DNA of 64,000 nucleotides. Origin: Acutalibacteraceae bacterium. Lineage in GTDB: Bacteria > Bacillota > Clostridia > Oscillospirales > Acutalibacteraceae. The notes beneath the pieces were generated by a model. It was not told the origin of the DNA. It did not search any database and saw only the letters and a program-made list of their open reading frames with translations. This document shows, one piece after another, positions 26,236 to 36,460 of this stretch. The position numbers and the translations under genes were made by a program. Each line of letters opens with the position of its first letter. Positions within the stretch are counted from its first letter, which is position 1. The stretch is from positions 176-64,175 of the forward strand of contig JAZSRT010000023.1 of the NCBI GenBank assembly GCA_045538645.1, given 5' to 3'.

Positions 26236-27165
26236 ATGGGTCCCTTAATAATTGCAATTTTAGTTATTTTTGCGATAGTTTTATTTGTACTGGTTTCGAA
26301 TATAAAAATCGTTCCTCAGTCAAAAGCATATGTTATTGAACGTCTCGGTGCTTATAATATGACCTGGCAGACAGGTTTTCATTTCAAGATACCCGTTATT
26401 GAAAGAGTAGCAAAGATGGTTTCTCTTAAAGAACAGGTTGCCGACTTCCCTCCCCAGCCTGTTATTACAAAAGATAATGTTACTATGCAGATAGATACAG
26501 TTGTTTTCTATCAGATAACAGACCCCAAGCTTTATTGCTACGGTGTTGAAAGACCTCTTGCTGCCATTGAAAATCTTACAGCTACAACGCTCCGTAACAT
26601 TATCGGTGAACTTGAACTCGACCACACGCTCACATCTCGAGACACAATCAATGCAAAAATCAGAGTTATCCTTGATGAAGCTACCGACGCATGGGGTATT
26701 AAGGTAAACAGAGTTGAACTCAAGAATATCTTCCCTCCCAGAGAAATTCAGGAAGCTATGGAAAAGCAGATGAAGGCTGAACGTGAACGCCGTGAAGCTA
26801 TACTCAGAGCAGAAGGTGAAAAAGCTTCAGCAATTCTTGTTGCAGAAGGTAAAAAAGAATCACAGATCCTTTATGCAGAGGGTGAAAAGCAATCTGCAAT
26901 TCTCAGAGCTGAAGCTGTAAAGGAATCAAAAATCAGAGAATCCGAAGGTGAAGCTCAGGCTATTCTTGCTATTCAGGAAGCAACAGCTAAAGGTATTGAA
27001 CTTATCAACAAAGCTGATCCCGCTCAGGCTGTGCTTACATTAAAGAGTCTTGAAGCATTCGAAAAGGCTGCAGACGGCAAGGCTACAAAAATTATTATTC
27101 CCTCTGAACTTCAGGGTATCGCAGGTCTTGCAACAGGTATTAAAGAAGTTCTCAGCGATAAATAA
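26236..27165 (+). CDS. SPFH/band 7 (stomatin-like) domain protein
   Basis: 309 aa with an N-terminal TM, an SPFH core (VVFYQITDP...TLRNIIGELELD) and an EA-rich coiled tail. The pairing with nfeD is canonical. Confidence 0.9.
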   Translation: MGPLIIAILVIFAIVLFVLVSNIKIVPQSKAYVIERLGAYNMTWQTGFHFKIPVIERVAKMVSLKEQVADFPPQPVITKDNVTMQIDTVVFYQITDPKLYCYGVERPLAAIENLTATTLRNIIGELELDHTLTSRDTINAKIRVILDEATDAWGIKVNRVELKNIFPPREIQEAMEKQMKAERERREAILRAEGEKASAILVAEGKKESQILYAEGEKQSAILRAEAVKESKIRESEGEAQAILAIQEATAKGIELINKADPAQAVLTLKSLEAFEKAADGKATKIIIPSELQGIAGLATGIKEVLSDK

Positions 27166-27185
27166 ACCATTAATAATAATTTCCG

Positions 27186-27220
27186 GAGCATTGGAAATAT
27201 TTCCGATGCTCTTCTTTTAT
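27186..27220 (+). terminator. rho-independent terminator after SPFH gene
   Basis: GAGCATTGGAAA / TTTCCGATGCTC stem followed by TTCTTTT. Confidence 0.7.
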
Positions 27221-27291
27221 CTAAAAATACCTTATTTGTAAACACGAAATTGTAAAATTTCACAAATAGCTTTTAATTATTTGTTAATGTC

Positions 27292-27320
27292 TTGACAATC
27301 TTTATATAAAGGATTAAAAT
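27292..27320 (+). promoter_or_regulatory. sigma-A-type promoter for glpK
   Basis: TTGACA (27292-27297), 17-nt spacer, TAAAAT (27315-27320). Confidence 0.55.
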
Positions 27321-27348
27321 TTAAAGAAAAATGTCAGGCGGGATGAAA

Positions 27349-28857
27349 ATGTTAAAATACATTCTTTCTCTTGATCAGGGAACCACAAGTTCCAGAACAA
27401 TCGTCTTTAACAAGCAAGGCGAAATTGTTTCAAAAGCCCAGTATGAATATGAACAGATATATCCCAAGGCAGGTTGGGTTGAACATAACCCCGAGGCAAT
27501 TCTTAAAAGTCAGCTCCGCTCACTTGCCGATGCACTTATAGACGGCGGAATTGAAGCTAAAGAAATTGCTGCAATCGGTATTACAAATCAGCGTGAAACC
27601 ACAGTTTTGTGGGATAAGCGCACCGGTAAGCCTATTTATAATGCAATAGTGTGGCAGTGTAGAAGAACAGCTTCAATGTGTGAACAGTTAAAAGCTGAAG
27701 GCCTCGGCGATTATATCAAAGAACATACAGGCCTGATCATAGACGCTTATTTTTCAGCAACAAAAATAAAGTGGATACTTGATAATGTTGAAGGTGCACG
27801 TGAACTGGCAGCAGAAGGGAATCTTCTTTTCGGCACTATTGACACCTGGCTTATATGGAATCTTACCGGAAAACGTGTTCACGTAACAGACTATTCAAAT
27901 GCATCAAGAACAATGCTTTTTGATGTGGATAATCTTCAATGGGACAGATATCTTTGCGAAAAACTTGATATTCCTATGTCCATACTTCCCCGTGTTGCAC
28001 CTTCAAGTGAGGTATACGGTGCTGTAGCTCAGGGAATTCCCGGAATTGAAGCTCTTGCAGGCATTCCCATATGCTCTGCAATAGGCGATCAGCAGGCTGC
28101 ATTGTTCGGACAGGCATGCTTTAATCCCGGACAGGCAAAAAATACCTACGGTACAGGTTGTTTCCTTCTGATGAACACAGGTAAAGAAAGAGTTCATTCT
28201 AACAACAATCTTGTTACAGGTATAGCCTGGGGAATCGGAAATGAAGTTGAATACTGTATAGAAGGTTCTGCTTTTAATGCAGGGTCTGTTATTCAATGGC
28301 TCAGAGACGAGCTTGAAATAGTAGACAGTGCACAGAAATGTGACAAATACGCGGAACAGGTACCTGATGCAAACGGTATTTATCTTGTTCCTGCTTTTAC
28401 CGGTCTCGGTGCTCCTTATTGGGATATGTATGCAAGAGGCTGTATGGTAGGTCTTACAAGAGGCGTTAATAAAAAACACATTTGCAGAGCTGTTCTTGAA
28501 TCTATAACTTACCAGATGACCGATCTGCTTGAGGCTATGAAAGCTGATTCAGGAATAGAACTTCAGGAACTCAGAGTAGACGGGGGCGCAAGTGTCAGCA
28601 ATATTATGATGCAGATTCAGGCAAATCTGATAAACACCCCCGTTAATCGTCCTAAGTGCGTAGAAACCACTGCTCTCGGTGCAGCATATCTTGCAGGTCT
28701 TGCAGTCGGCTTCTGGAACGATATGGAAGAAATAGAAAAAATACGCGAAGTTTCAAAGGTTTTCACACCCGAAATGGATGATGAAACCAGAAATAAGCTG
28801 TATTCAGGATGGAAACGTGCTGTTGAACGTGCTATGGCATGGGAAGATAAAGATTAA
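27349..28857 (+). CDS. glpK: glycerol kinase
   Basis: [14 protein letters not shown]-terminus with FGGY kinase motifs throughout. The G-rich SD at 27336-27342 favours ATG 27349 (alternatives at 27343 and 27331). Confidence 0.93.
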   Translation: MLKYILSLDQGTTSSRTIVFNKQGEIVSKAQYEYEQIYPKAGWVEHNPEAILKSQLRSLADALIDGGIEAKEIAAIGITNQRETTVLWDKRTGKPIYNAIVWQCRRTASMCEQLKAEGLGDYIKEHTGLIIDAYFSATKIKWILDNVEGARELAAEGNLLFGTIDTWLIWNLTGKRVHVTDYSNASRTMLFDVDNLQWDRYLCEKLDIPMSILPRVAPSSEVYGAVAQGIPGIEALAGIPICSAIGDQQAALFGQACFNPGQAKNTYGTGCFLLMNTGKERVHSNNNLVTGIAWGIGNEVEYCIEGSAFNAGSVIQWLRDELEIVDSAQKCDKYAEQVPDANGIYLVPAFTGLGAPYWDMYARGCMVGLTRGVNKKHICRAVLESITYQMTDLLEAMKADSGIELQELRVDGGASVSNIMMQIQANLINTPVNRPKCVETTALGAAYLAGLAVGFWNDMEEIEKIREVSKVFTPEMDDETRNKLYSGWKRAVERAMAWEDKD

Positions 28858-28881
28858 CAACTGATAACTAAGGTAATAACA

Positions 28882-30054
28882 ATGGATATAAAAGCAAAAT
28901 CCCTTGAACTGCATAAAATGTTAAAAGGAAAACTCGAAATAAAATCAAGGGTTGCCGTAAAAACAAAAGACGATCTCGCTCTCGCTTATACTCCCGGAGT
29001 AGCCGAAGCGTGTATTCAGATAAAAAACGATCCTTCACTTTCATATGAGTTAACAAGAAGATGGAATACCGTTGCGGTAATAACCGACGGTACTGCAGTT
29101 CTCGGCCTCGGTGACATCGGACCGGAAGCGGGTATGCCCGTTATGGAAGGAAAATGTATTCTTTTCAAAGAATTCGCCGATGTTGATGCATTCCCTATAT
29201 GCATAGATTCTAAAGATCCCGATGATATTGTTAAGACCGTAAAGCTTATTTCGAAAAGTTTCGGCGGTATTAACCTTGAAGATATTTCCGCTCCCAGATG
29301 TTTTGAAATTGAAGAAAGACTGAAAAAGGAATGTGATATTCCTGTTTTTCACGATGACCAGCACGGAACGGCAATAATTGTAACAGCAGGCATAATCAAT
29401 TCATTGAAGCTGTTAAATAAGAATAAATCTGAATGCAAAGCCGTTATCTGCGGTGCAGGTGCCGCAGGAACTGCAATAGCAAAAATGCTTGTTTCTTTCG
29501 GTATTAATGAAGTTATCGTTTGTGACAAAAACGGTATTCTTAACAGAAATGATATGCAATTGAATGATGCCCAAAAACAGCTTGCAGGTATCACAAACAA
29601 CAGTTTACTTTCGGGAAACTTAACGGATGCTCTTAACGGTGCTGATATTTTTATCGGAGTATCTGCTCCCGGTATAGTAAATGAAAATATGATAAGATCT
29701 ATGGCAAAAGACCCGGTAGTTTTTGCTATGGCAAACCCTGTTCCCGAAATTATGCCCGAGCTTGCTAAAAATGCAGGTGCGGCAGTTGTCGGAACCGGCA
29801 GAAGCGATTTCCCGAATCAGGTCAATAATGTATTGGCATTCCCCGGTATTTTCAAAGGTGCTTTAAGTGTACGGGCTTCTGATATCAATGAAGAAATGAA
29901 GCTTGCCGCAGCAAATGCCATTGCATCACTTGTTTCGGATGAAGAGCTTTCTTCTGATTATATTTTACCCTATGCATTCGACAAAAGAGTCGGAACAACC
30001 GTAGCCGCAGCAGTGGCTGAAGCCGCAAAAAAAAGCGGTATTGCAAGAATATAA
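28882..30054 (+). CDS. NAD(P)-dependent malic enzyme (short, single-domain type)
   Basis: 390 aa with LALAYTPGVA, VITDGTAVLGLGDIG and FHDDQHGTA motifs. Confidence 0.9.
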   Translation: MDIKAKSLELHKMLKGKLEIKSRVAVKTKDDLALAYTPGVAEACIQIKNDPSLSYELTRRWNTVAVITDGTAVLGLGDIGPEAGMPVMEGKCILFKEFADVDAFPICIDSKDPDDIVKTVKLISKSFGGINLEDISAPRCFEIEERLKKECDIPVFHDDQHGTAIIVTAGIINSLKLLNKNKSECKAVICGAGAAGTAIAKMLVSFGINEVIVCDKNGILNRNDMQLNDAQKQLAGITNNSLLSGNLTDALNGADIFIGVSAPGIVNENMIRSMAKDPVVFAMANPVPEIMPELAKNAGAAVVGTGRSDFPNQVNNVLAFPGIFKGALSVRASDINEEMKLAAANAIASLVSDEELSSDYILPYAFDKRVGTTVAAAVAEAAKKSGIARI

Positions 30055-30084
30055 ATCAACTTATCTATAAAGGAGATAATTAAA

Positions 30085-31167
30085 ATGGCAAGAGTTTATA
30101 ATTTTTCAGCAGGTCCCTCTATGCTTCCTCTTGAAGCACTTAAAAAAGCTCAGGCAGAGCTTCTCGATTACGAAGGAAGCGGTCAGTCCGTTATGGAAAT
30201 GAGCCACCGTTCAAAAGTATTTGACGGCATTATCAAAGACGCAGAAAAGCTTATGCGTGAAATAATGAACATTCCCGATAATTACAAAGTTCTTTTCCTT
30301 CAGGGCGGCGCATCATCTCAGTTTGCTGCTATCCCAATGAACTTTATGAACAAGAACAATAAAGCTGACTACATCGAAACAGGTGTCTGGGCAAAAAAAG
30401 CATTCCAGGAGGCTAAAAGATACGGTAATGCAAGAGTTATCGCTTCTTCTGCCGATAAAACATATTCATACATTCCCAAAGTCACAAAAGATGATATTGA
30501 CCCCGAAGCTGACTATGTTTACTATTGTATGAACAATACTATCTATGGCACAAAATACCCTTATATTCCCGAAACGGGCAATGTACCCCTTATTGCTGAT
30601 ATTTCATCCTGCTTCCTTTCTGAGCCTCTTGATGTAACAAAGTTTGCAGTTGTTTACGGCGGTGCACAGAAAAACATTGCTCCCGCAGGTCTTACCGTTG
30701 TTATCGTAAGAGAAGATATGCTCGGTAACGCCATGGATATCACTCCCACAATGTTCAACTATAAGATTCACGCAGACAATGATTCTCTTTATAACACTCC
30801 CCCCTGCTTTACGATTTACATGTGCAAACTCGTTCTTGAATGGATAAAGGACATGGGCGGACTTGAAGCAATTAAAGAAAACAACATCAAAAAGGCAAAG
30901 CTTCTTTATGATTTCTTTGAGGAATCAAAAATGTTCAAGAGTGTTATCCCCGAAGAAGACCGTTCACTTATGAATATACCCTTCGTTACAGGCAATGAAG
31001 AGCTTGATGCAAAGTTTGTTAAAGAATCCACAGCTGCAGGATTTATCAACCTTAAAGGCCACAGAACCACAGGCGGTATGAGAGCTTCCGTTTATAATGC
31101 TATGCCCATAGAAGGTGTTGAAAAGCTCGTTGAATTTATGAAAAAATTTGAAGCTGAAAACGCTTAA
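30085..31167 (+). CDS. serC: phosphoserine aminotransferase
   Basis: YNFSAGPSMLP N-terminus. 360 aa. GGAG SD. Confidence 0.92.
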   Translation: MARVYNFSAGPSMLPLEALKKAQAELLDYEGSGQSVMEMSHRSKVFDGIIKDAEKLMREIMNIPDNYKVLFLQGGASSQFAAIPMNFMNKNNKADYIETGVWAKKAFQEAKRYGNARVIASSADKTYSYIPKVTKDDIDPEADYVYYCMNNTIYGTKYPYIPETGNVPLIADISSCFLSEPLDVTKFAVVYGGAQKNIAPAGLTVVIVREDMLGNAMDITPTMFNYKIHADNDSLYNTPPCFTIYMCKLVLEWIKDMGGLEAIKENNIKKAKLLYDFFEESKMFKSVIPEEDRSLMNIPFVTGNEELDAKFVKESTAAGFINLKGHRTTGGMRASVYNAMPIEGVEKLVEFMKKFEAENA

Positions 31168-31184
31168 GCAAAGGAGTTTTCATT

Positions 31185-32342
31185 ATGTATAATATTCTTA
31201 CATTAAATAAGATATCAGCAAGCGGTCTTTCAAATTTTGATGCTGGCAAATTTACTTGTGCTGATAATTTTGATGCACCTGATGCGATTATCGTAAGAAG
31301 TGCCGCTATGCACGAAATGGAATTCAAGTCCAATCTTCTTGCTGTTGCACGTGCAGGTGCAGGCGTTAATAATATCCCCATAGACAGATGCACAGAAAAC
31401 GGCATCTGCGTATTCAATACACCCGGAGCTAATGCAAATGCCGTTAAGGAGCTTGTTATATGTTCACTTTTCCTTGCCTCAAGAAAAATCGTAGCAGGTT
31501 CAAAGTGGTGCGACACTCTTAAAGGTAACGGTGACGGTGTTTCAAAGCTTGTAGAAAAAGGAAAGGGTAATTTTGTCGGCCCCGAAATTTTCGGCAAAAC
31601 TCTCGGTGTTGCAGGACTTGGTGCAATCGGAATAAAAGTAGCAAATGCAGCAAAAGCACTGGGTATGAAAGTTATCGGTTATGATCCGTTTATTTCTGAT
31701 GCAGCAAAAGCCACACTTGATGCTGACATTACAGTGACAGCGGACCTTAACGATATTTTTGCAGTTGCTGACTATATCACGCTTCACGCTCCCCTTAATG
31801 ATTCAACAAGAGGAATGATCAATAAAGATTCTCTTACAAAATGCAAAGACGGTATCAGAATCCTTAATTTCTCAAGAGCTGAACTTGTTGATAACTGCGA
31901 TATTATTAATGCTCTTTCTGACGGTAAGGCAGCAGCTTATGTAACAGACTTCCCCACAGACGAACAGCTTGGTATTGACGGTGTTATTGCAATTCCGCAT
32001 CTTGGAGCTTCTACTCCCGAAGCTGAAGAAAATTGTGCGGTTATGGCTGTATGCCAGCTTTCCGATTATCTTCTTTACGGCAACGTTAAAAATTCCGTAA
32101 ACTTCCCTGCTGTTACACTTGAGAAAAATGCAAAAGTAAGAATCACCGCTGTTACTGACGGTGACATTGCTGAAAACATTGAAAATACTATCTGTTCACA
32201 GGGGATCACACTTACGGCAAAAAGCTCTGCTGTAAAAAAGAATGTTGGTTATGCTATTTTTGATACCGAAAATGATATAACCGATGAATGCATAGAACAG
32301 CTAAAAGCTATCGACGGTGTAAGTGCTATCCGAATCATCTGA
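31185..32342 (+). CDS. serA: D-3-phosphoglycerate dehydrogenase (2-hydroxyacid dehydrogenase with C-terminal ACT-like domain)
   Basis: GLGAIG NAD-binding motif, LHAPL and HLGAST motifs. Position directly after serC. Confidence 0.85.
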   Translation: MYNILTLNKISASGLSNFDAGKFTCADNFDAPDAIIVRSAAMHEMEFKSNLLAVARAGAGVNNIPIDRCTENGICVFNTPGANANAVKELVICSLFLASRKIVAGSKWCDTLKGNGDGVSKLVEKGKGNFVGPEIFGKTLGVAGLGAIGIKVANAAKALGMKVIGYDPFISDAAKATLDADITVTADLNDIFAVADYITLHAPLNDSTRGMINKDSLTKCKDGIRILNFSRAELVDNCDIINALSDGKAAAYVTDFPTDEQLGIDGVIAIPHLGASTPEAEENCAVMAVCQLSDYLLYGNVKNSVNFPAVTLEKNAKVRITAVTDGDIAENIENTICSQGITLTAKSSAVKKNVGYAIFDTENDITDECIEQLKAIDGVSAIRII

Positions 32343-32343
32343 T

Positions 32344-34266
32344 ATGAAAAATATTTATTTTGTTGAAGTCGGCTTTTCTTTTGATAATGACATTTATCTT
32401 CCTTATTCAACGGGAACAATAGCTGCTTATTTAAAAAAGAAAGGCTGCTTCGATGAAAAATTTAATCTTGCCGGTTTCTTTTACCGTAGAGAACAAACTG
32501 ACAGTATTATCGAAAAACTCGATGATCCGTATATTGTCGGTTTTTCTTGTTGTATCTGGAATCAGCAATTCAATCTCACATTAGCAAAAAAAATCAAGAA
32601 TAAATTTCCTGATTGCACAATTATTTTCGGCGGACACAACATTACCGCAGACAGTGATTTTCTGAAAAAATATCCCTTTATTGATATACTTATTATCGGT
32701 GAAGGCGAAAAAATATTTTATAATGTTATTTCATCTATAGGAACAGAAAATCTCATTAAAAGCAGTAATATTATTTTCAGACAAAACGGAAATATAATAT
32801 ATACTCCATTTGTTTCCCCCGGAGAATTGGATGAACTGCCCTCACCCTACGTCAGCGGTATTTTTGATGACATATTGGAAAAAGAAGACCATTCTTCCCT
32901 GCTTTGTGTTCTTGAAACAAACAGAGGATGTCCGTATTCATGCTCTTATTGCGATTGGTGCGCAGGAAAAAAAGTCAGACTTTTCCCGATGGAAAAGATA
33001 CGTGCCGAAATTGATTGGTTTGCTAAGCAAAAAATTGAATACTGCTTTTGTGCTGATTCAAATTTCGGAATATTCCCGAGGGATATAGAAATAGCAAGCT
33101 TTGCCGCAAAAACTAAAAATAAATACGGCTATCCCAAAGTATTCAGAACTTGTTTTGCAAAAGAAAGTAATGATAACGTTTTTGCAATATCAAAAATTCT
33201 CAATGATGCAGAAATGGATAAAGGTGCAACGTTAGCTTATCAGACACTTTCAGAAGATGCTCTTAAAAATATTCACAGAAAAAATCTAACACTTGAACAC
33301 TTTTCAACTTTACTGAAAAAGTATAATGAAGCAGGAATTCCTACTTATTCCGAGCTTATTCTCGGACTTCCGGGAGAAACAAAGGAAAGCTTTTGTAACG
33401 GAATATGTCAGATACTCGAATCAGGACAGCATAATTCTCTGAGTATCTATTATCTCGAAATGCTTCCCAATTCAGAAATGGCACAAAAATCTTATATTGC
33501 CAAGCATAAACTTAATTCTGTGCAAATTGAATTCAATCATATGCACAGTATCAAGAAAAAGAACGAGATAAATGAGTATTCAAACATCATCCAGTCTACA
33601 GCCACACTGACAAAGGATGATTGGATATACTGTAATTTGTTTTCCATATGTGTTCAATGCTTCCATTCACTGGGTTTTTTACGTTATTTTGCATTATATC
33701 TGAGAAAAGAAAAGAATGTGCCGTATTACATGTTCTATACCTCGCTACTGGATCACATAATATGCAGCGATAATTCACTTACAAATGAATTATTCTCTTC
33801 TTTCAGAACAAAATTGTCTTCTTCACTCAGCGGCGAATGGAATTTTACAGACAAAGAATTCGGTGATGTTTCATGGTCTTTTGAAGAAGGGGCATACATG
33901 ATGCTCTTAAAAAACTACGATGCGGTTATAAAGGAACTTGAACCCTTTTTATCTGCCTTTTTCAGTGACAGCAGCTTATATGAAGAGCTTAAACTCTACC
34001 AACATATGAGTCTCAGAAAACCGGGAAAGAATTTTTATGAGCACACATTCAGTTATGATTTTATGTCTTTCTTTGAAAATCTTCAGAAAAACATTGATTG
34101 CTCATTAGAGAAGGAAAAAGCTCTTTATACATTCAGAACAGATAAGGCTTATCCTGACTGGAAAACATTCGCAAAAGACATTGTATGGTTCGGCAGAAAA
34201 AAAGGGGCAACAATAATTTCAGGCAGACCTAATTCAGGTACATCTCTTACAAAAAAAATACAATAA
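32344..34266 (+). CDS. B12-binding domain radical SAM protein, function unknown
   Basis: 640 aa. N-terminal Rossmann-like B12-binding region (IVGFSCCIWN...IIFGGHN...LIIGEGE). CPYSCSYC radical SAM motif at 32929-32952. About 250-aa C-terminal extension without recognisable motifs. ATG lies 1 nt after the serA stop. Confidence 0.8.
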   Translation: MKNIYFVEVGFSFDNDIYLPYSTGTIAAYLKKKGCFDEKFNLAGFFYRREQTDSIIEKLDDPYIVGFSCCIWNQQFNLTLAKKIKNKFPDCTIIFGGHNITADSDFLKKYPFIDILIIGEGEKIFYNVISSIGTENLIKSSNIIFRQNGNIIYTPFVSPGELDELPSPYVSGIFDDILEKEDHSSLLCVLETNRGCPYSCSYCDWCAGKKVRLFPMEKIRAEIDWFAKQKIEYCFCADSNFGIFPRDIEIASFAAKTKNKYGYPKVFRTCFAKESNDNVFAISKILNDAEMDKGATLAYQTLSEDALKNIHRKNLTLEHFSTLLKKYNEAGIPTYSELILGLPGETKESFCNGICQILESGQHNSLSIYYLEMLPNSEMAQKSYIAKHKLNSVQIEFNHMHSIKKKNEINEYSNIIQSTATLTKDDWIYCNLFSICVQCFHSLGFLRYFALYLRKEKNVPYYMFYTSLLDHIICSDNSLTNELFSSFRTKLSSSLSGEWNFTDKEFGDVSWSFEEGAYMMLLKNYDAVIKELEPFLSAFFSDSSLYEELKLYQHMSLRKPGKNFYEHTFSYDFMSFFENLQKNIDCSLEKEKALYTFRTDKAYPDWKTFAKDIVWFGRKKGATIISGRPNSGTSLTKKIQ

Positions 34267-34274
34267 TATTTCAT

Positions 34275-34302
34275 AACCTCCCTTAAAACATACGGGGGGG
34301 TT
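34275..34302 (+). terminator. stem-loop terminator candidate after radical SAM gene
   Basis: AACCTCCC...GGGGGGTT stem with a 12-nt loop. The T-tract is weak. Confidence 0.4.
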
Positions 34303-34340
34303 ATCTCTTATCTTAAGTCTTTGTAAATTTCAGAATAAAG

Positions 34341-34369
34341 TTGACATAATTTCACAGTTATTGTATAAT
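34341..34369 (+). promoter_or_regulatory. sigma-A-type promoter for sugar transferase gene
   Basis: TTGACA (34341-34346), 17-nt spacer, TATAAT (34364-34369). Confidence 0.6.
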
Positions 34370-34425
34370 TATGTTATTTATAAATACTGCTTTTATGTCT
34401 ATTTATATACTTTATTATCGAAAGC

Positions 34426-35841
34426 GTGATATTTTTGAGCAATAAATTCAATTTAACCTCAAAAAACAGAAGTATACTCCAATTCATTTCCTGTGTCACT
34501 GAATCAACAATACTTACTGTTATTTATTTTGTTATTTGGAATATTTTCCTCAGCGATAATATATTCAAAAATTATTCTTTCAGCGGAAATATAATATTAC
34601 CTCTTATTTATTTTGCTGTATGTACATTGCTTTTCAAAACTACAAAAGCCTGTTCTTACGGCAGTGTCAAAGGCATTAATATCGCAATCGGACAATTCAT
34701 TTCGTTATTTTCATTAAATGCAATTTTTTATTTGCTTCTTTGCCTTATAGCAAATACAATTATTTCACCCGTTGCATTAATGCTGAATTTTGCTGCAGGT
34801 ATTATTGTTGCAATATTATCGGTTATCATCTTTGCTAAAATCAACAAAAAAGCAACACCAAAAATCAACATTGCACTTATTTATGGCACGGATAATGCAG
34901 TAAGCCTGAAAATCAAGCTTGATGCTCTTAAAAATGAATATAATATTACAAAGCTTATCCCTTCAGATAAGGATATCAGATATATCGAAAAAGTCATAAA
35001 AGATTATGATGCTGTTATGCTTAACGATCTTAAGGGACAGTACAGAAACGATGTGCTTAAACTTTGTTACAGAATGAAAAAACCTGTTTACGTTGTGCCT
35101 AAGGTCACTGATATTCTTATAAGAGATGCCAAGGAGCTTAATGTAGTTGATACTCCCCTTTTGTTTATCGACAAAGGCGGACTTACGGCAATGCAGCGTT
35201 TTGCAAAACGTGCAATGGATATATGCTGTTCAGCTCTGGCAATGCTTGTTGCATCCCCAATAATGCTTGTTATTGCCCTTGCCATAAAGCTTGAAGACGG
35301 CGGTCCCGTATTTTACAAACAGAAACGTGCTACTCTTGACGAAAAAGAATTTGATATTCTTAAATTCAGAAGTATGATTGTTGATGCGGAAAAAGGAGGT
35401 TTTTCAATCCCCGCAACAGGACTTGATCCGCGAATTACAAAGGTCGGCAGAATAATACGCCCCTTCAGACTTGACGAATTACCCCAGATTATCAATATTC
35501 TTAAAGGTGATATGAGCATTGTAGGTCCACGACCGGAAAGACTTGAGCACGTATATAAATACTCAGAGGACGTTCCCGAATTTTCTTACAGACTCAATGT
35601 AAAGGGCGGTCTTACGGGATATGCTCAGATATTCGGTAAATACAATACAAGTGCTTACGATAAATTACGCCTTGACCTTATTTACATTCAGAACTATTCC
35701 CTGCTTCTTGATATTAAGCTCATTCTTCTTACGGTGCCTGTATTATTCAGCAAAGAAAGCACCGAGGGATTTGAAGTGACTGAAGAAATTGAAAAACTGA
35801 AACAGGAAGCACTTGAATCTGACAGTGAAACAGAAGAATAA
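34426..35841 (+). CDS. polyprenyl-phosphate glycosyl-1-phosphate transferase (WbaP/EpsL-type priming sugar transferase)
   Basis: 471 aa with N-terminal TM bundle and the C-terminal bacterial sugar transferase domain (KRAMDI..., DELPQIINILKGDMSIVGPRP). GTG start. Confidence 0.85.
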   Translation: MIFLSNKFNLTSKNRSILQFISCVTESTILTVIYFVIWNIFLSDNIFKNYSFSGNIILPLIYFAVCTLLFKTTKACSYGSVKGINIAIGQFISLFSLNAIFYLLLCLIANTIISPVALMLNFAAGIIVAILSVIIFAKINKKATPKINIALIYGTDNAVSLKIKLDALKNEYNITKLIPSDKDIRYIEKVIKDYDAVMLNDLKGQYRNDVLKLCYRMKKPVYVVPKVTDILIRDAKELNVVDTPLLFIDKGGLTAMQRFAKRAMDICCSALAMLVASPIMLVIALAIKLEDGGPVFYKQKRATLDEKEFDILKFRSMIVDAEKGGFSIPATGLDPRITKVGRIIRPFRLDELPQIINILKGDMSIVGPRPERLEHVYKYSEDVPEFSYRLNVKGGLTGYAQIFGKYNTSAYDKLRLDLIYIQNYSLLLDIKLILLTVPVLFSKESTEGFEVTEEIEKLKQEALESDSETEE

Positions 35842-35852
35842 ACTTTCTCAAA

Positions 35853-35890
35853 AGAGCCTGCAGTACATCTCTGCAAGCTCTTTAATTATT
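35853..35890 (+). terminator. rho-independent terminator after sugar transferase gene
   Basis: AGAGCCTGCAG / CTGCAAGCTCT stem (one mismatch) followed by TTTAATTATTT. Confidence 0.6.
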
Positions 35891-36023
35891 TATTGAAAAG
35901 ACAATACCTGAAAACAAGCACAATATTTGTCCTGTTGAATAATATGAAACGGGATGATTAATAATCAGCTTTTACCGGTACTGTTAGATTTTATCATCTG
36001 AATTTATATGAAAGGAGAACGAT

Positions 36024-36212
36024 ATGAAAAACGAGTGTAAAGATTTTGACAGTTTTACCCCATTAACATCCCTTCCGGCAGATACTGTCACCGCTATGGC
36101 ATATGTCCCGTTTCAGACAGATAAAAATATGTTTGAAACAGAAATTGCTTTAAGCAAAGGTACTCTCTTTACAGATTTATATAAGCCTTTCTGCAGAGGT
36201 GCATTAAAGTGA
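36024..36212 (+). CDS. cotJA: spore coat-associated protein CotJA
   Basis: 62 aa with the AMAYVPFQ motif. GGAG SD. First gene of a cotJABC-type trio. Confidence 0.8.
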   Translation: MKNECKDFDSFTPLTSLPADTVTAMAYVPFQTDKNMFETEIALSKGTLFTDLYKPFCRGALK

Positions 36213-36460
36213 ACAGCAGAGAGAAATTATTGAGAAGTTTATCCTCAGTGCAATTTGCCATATGGGAATTGCACCTGTATCTCAACACCCACCCAAATGA
36301 TTTAAGTGCCCTCGCCATGCACGAAAAATATATGCTCAAATACCGTCAGTTGAAAGAAGAGTTTGAAGAAAACTACGGGCCTCTTTCACCAAAAACCGGC
36401 GAAGGCATAGAATGGCTTAAGAATCCCTGGCCCTGGGATATAGGAGGTTGTGACGGTTAA
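36209..36460 (+). CDS. cotJB: spore coat protein CotJB
   Basis: 83 aa with LLRSLSSVQFAIWELHLYLNTHPND, typical of CotJB. ATGA overlap with cotJA. Confidence 0.85.
   Translation: MNSREKLLRSLSSVQFAIWELHLYLNTHPNDLSALAMHEKYMLKYRQLKEEFEENYGPLSPKTGEGIEWLKNPWPWDIGGCDG

Noticed and set aside
31136-31597. 153-aa minus-strand ORF spanning the serC-serA junction.
   Set aside because: It is antisense to two strongly supported genes and has no SD or motifs.
35891-36023. Sigma-E/sigma-K type sporulation promoter upstream of cotJA.
   Set aside because: I could not find a convincing match to the ATA-N16-18-CATACA-T or AC-N17-CATA---TA consensus by eye, so I made no call.
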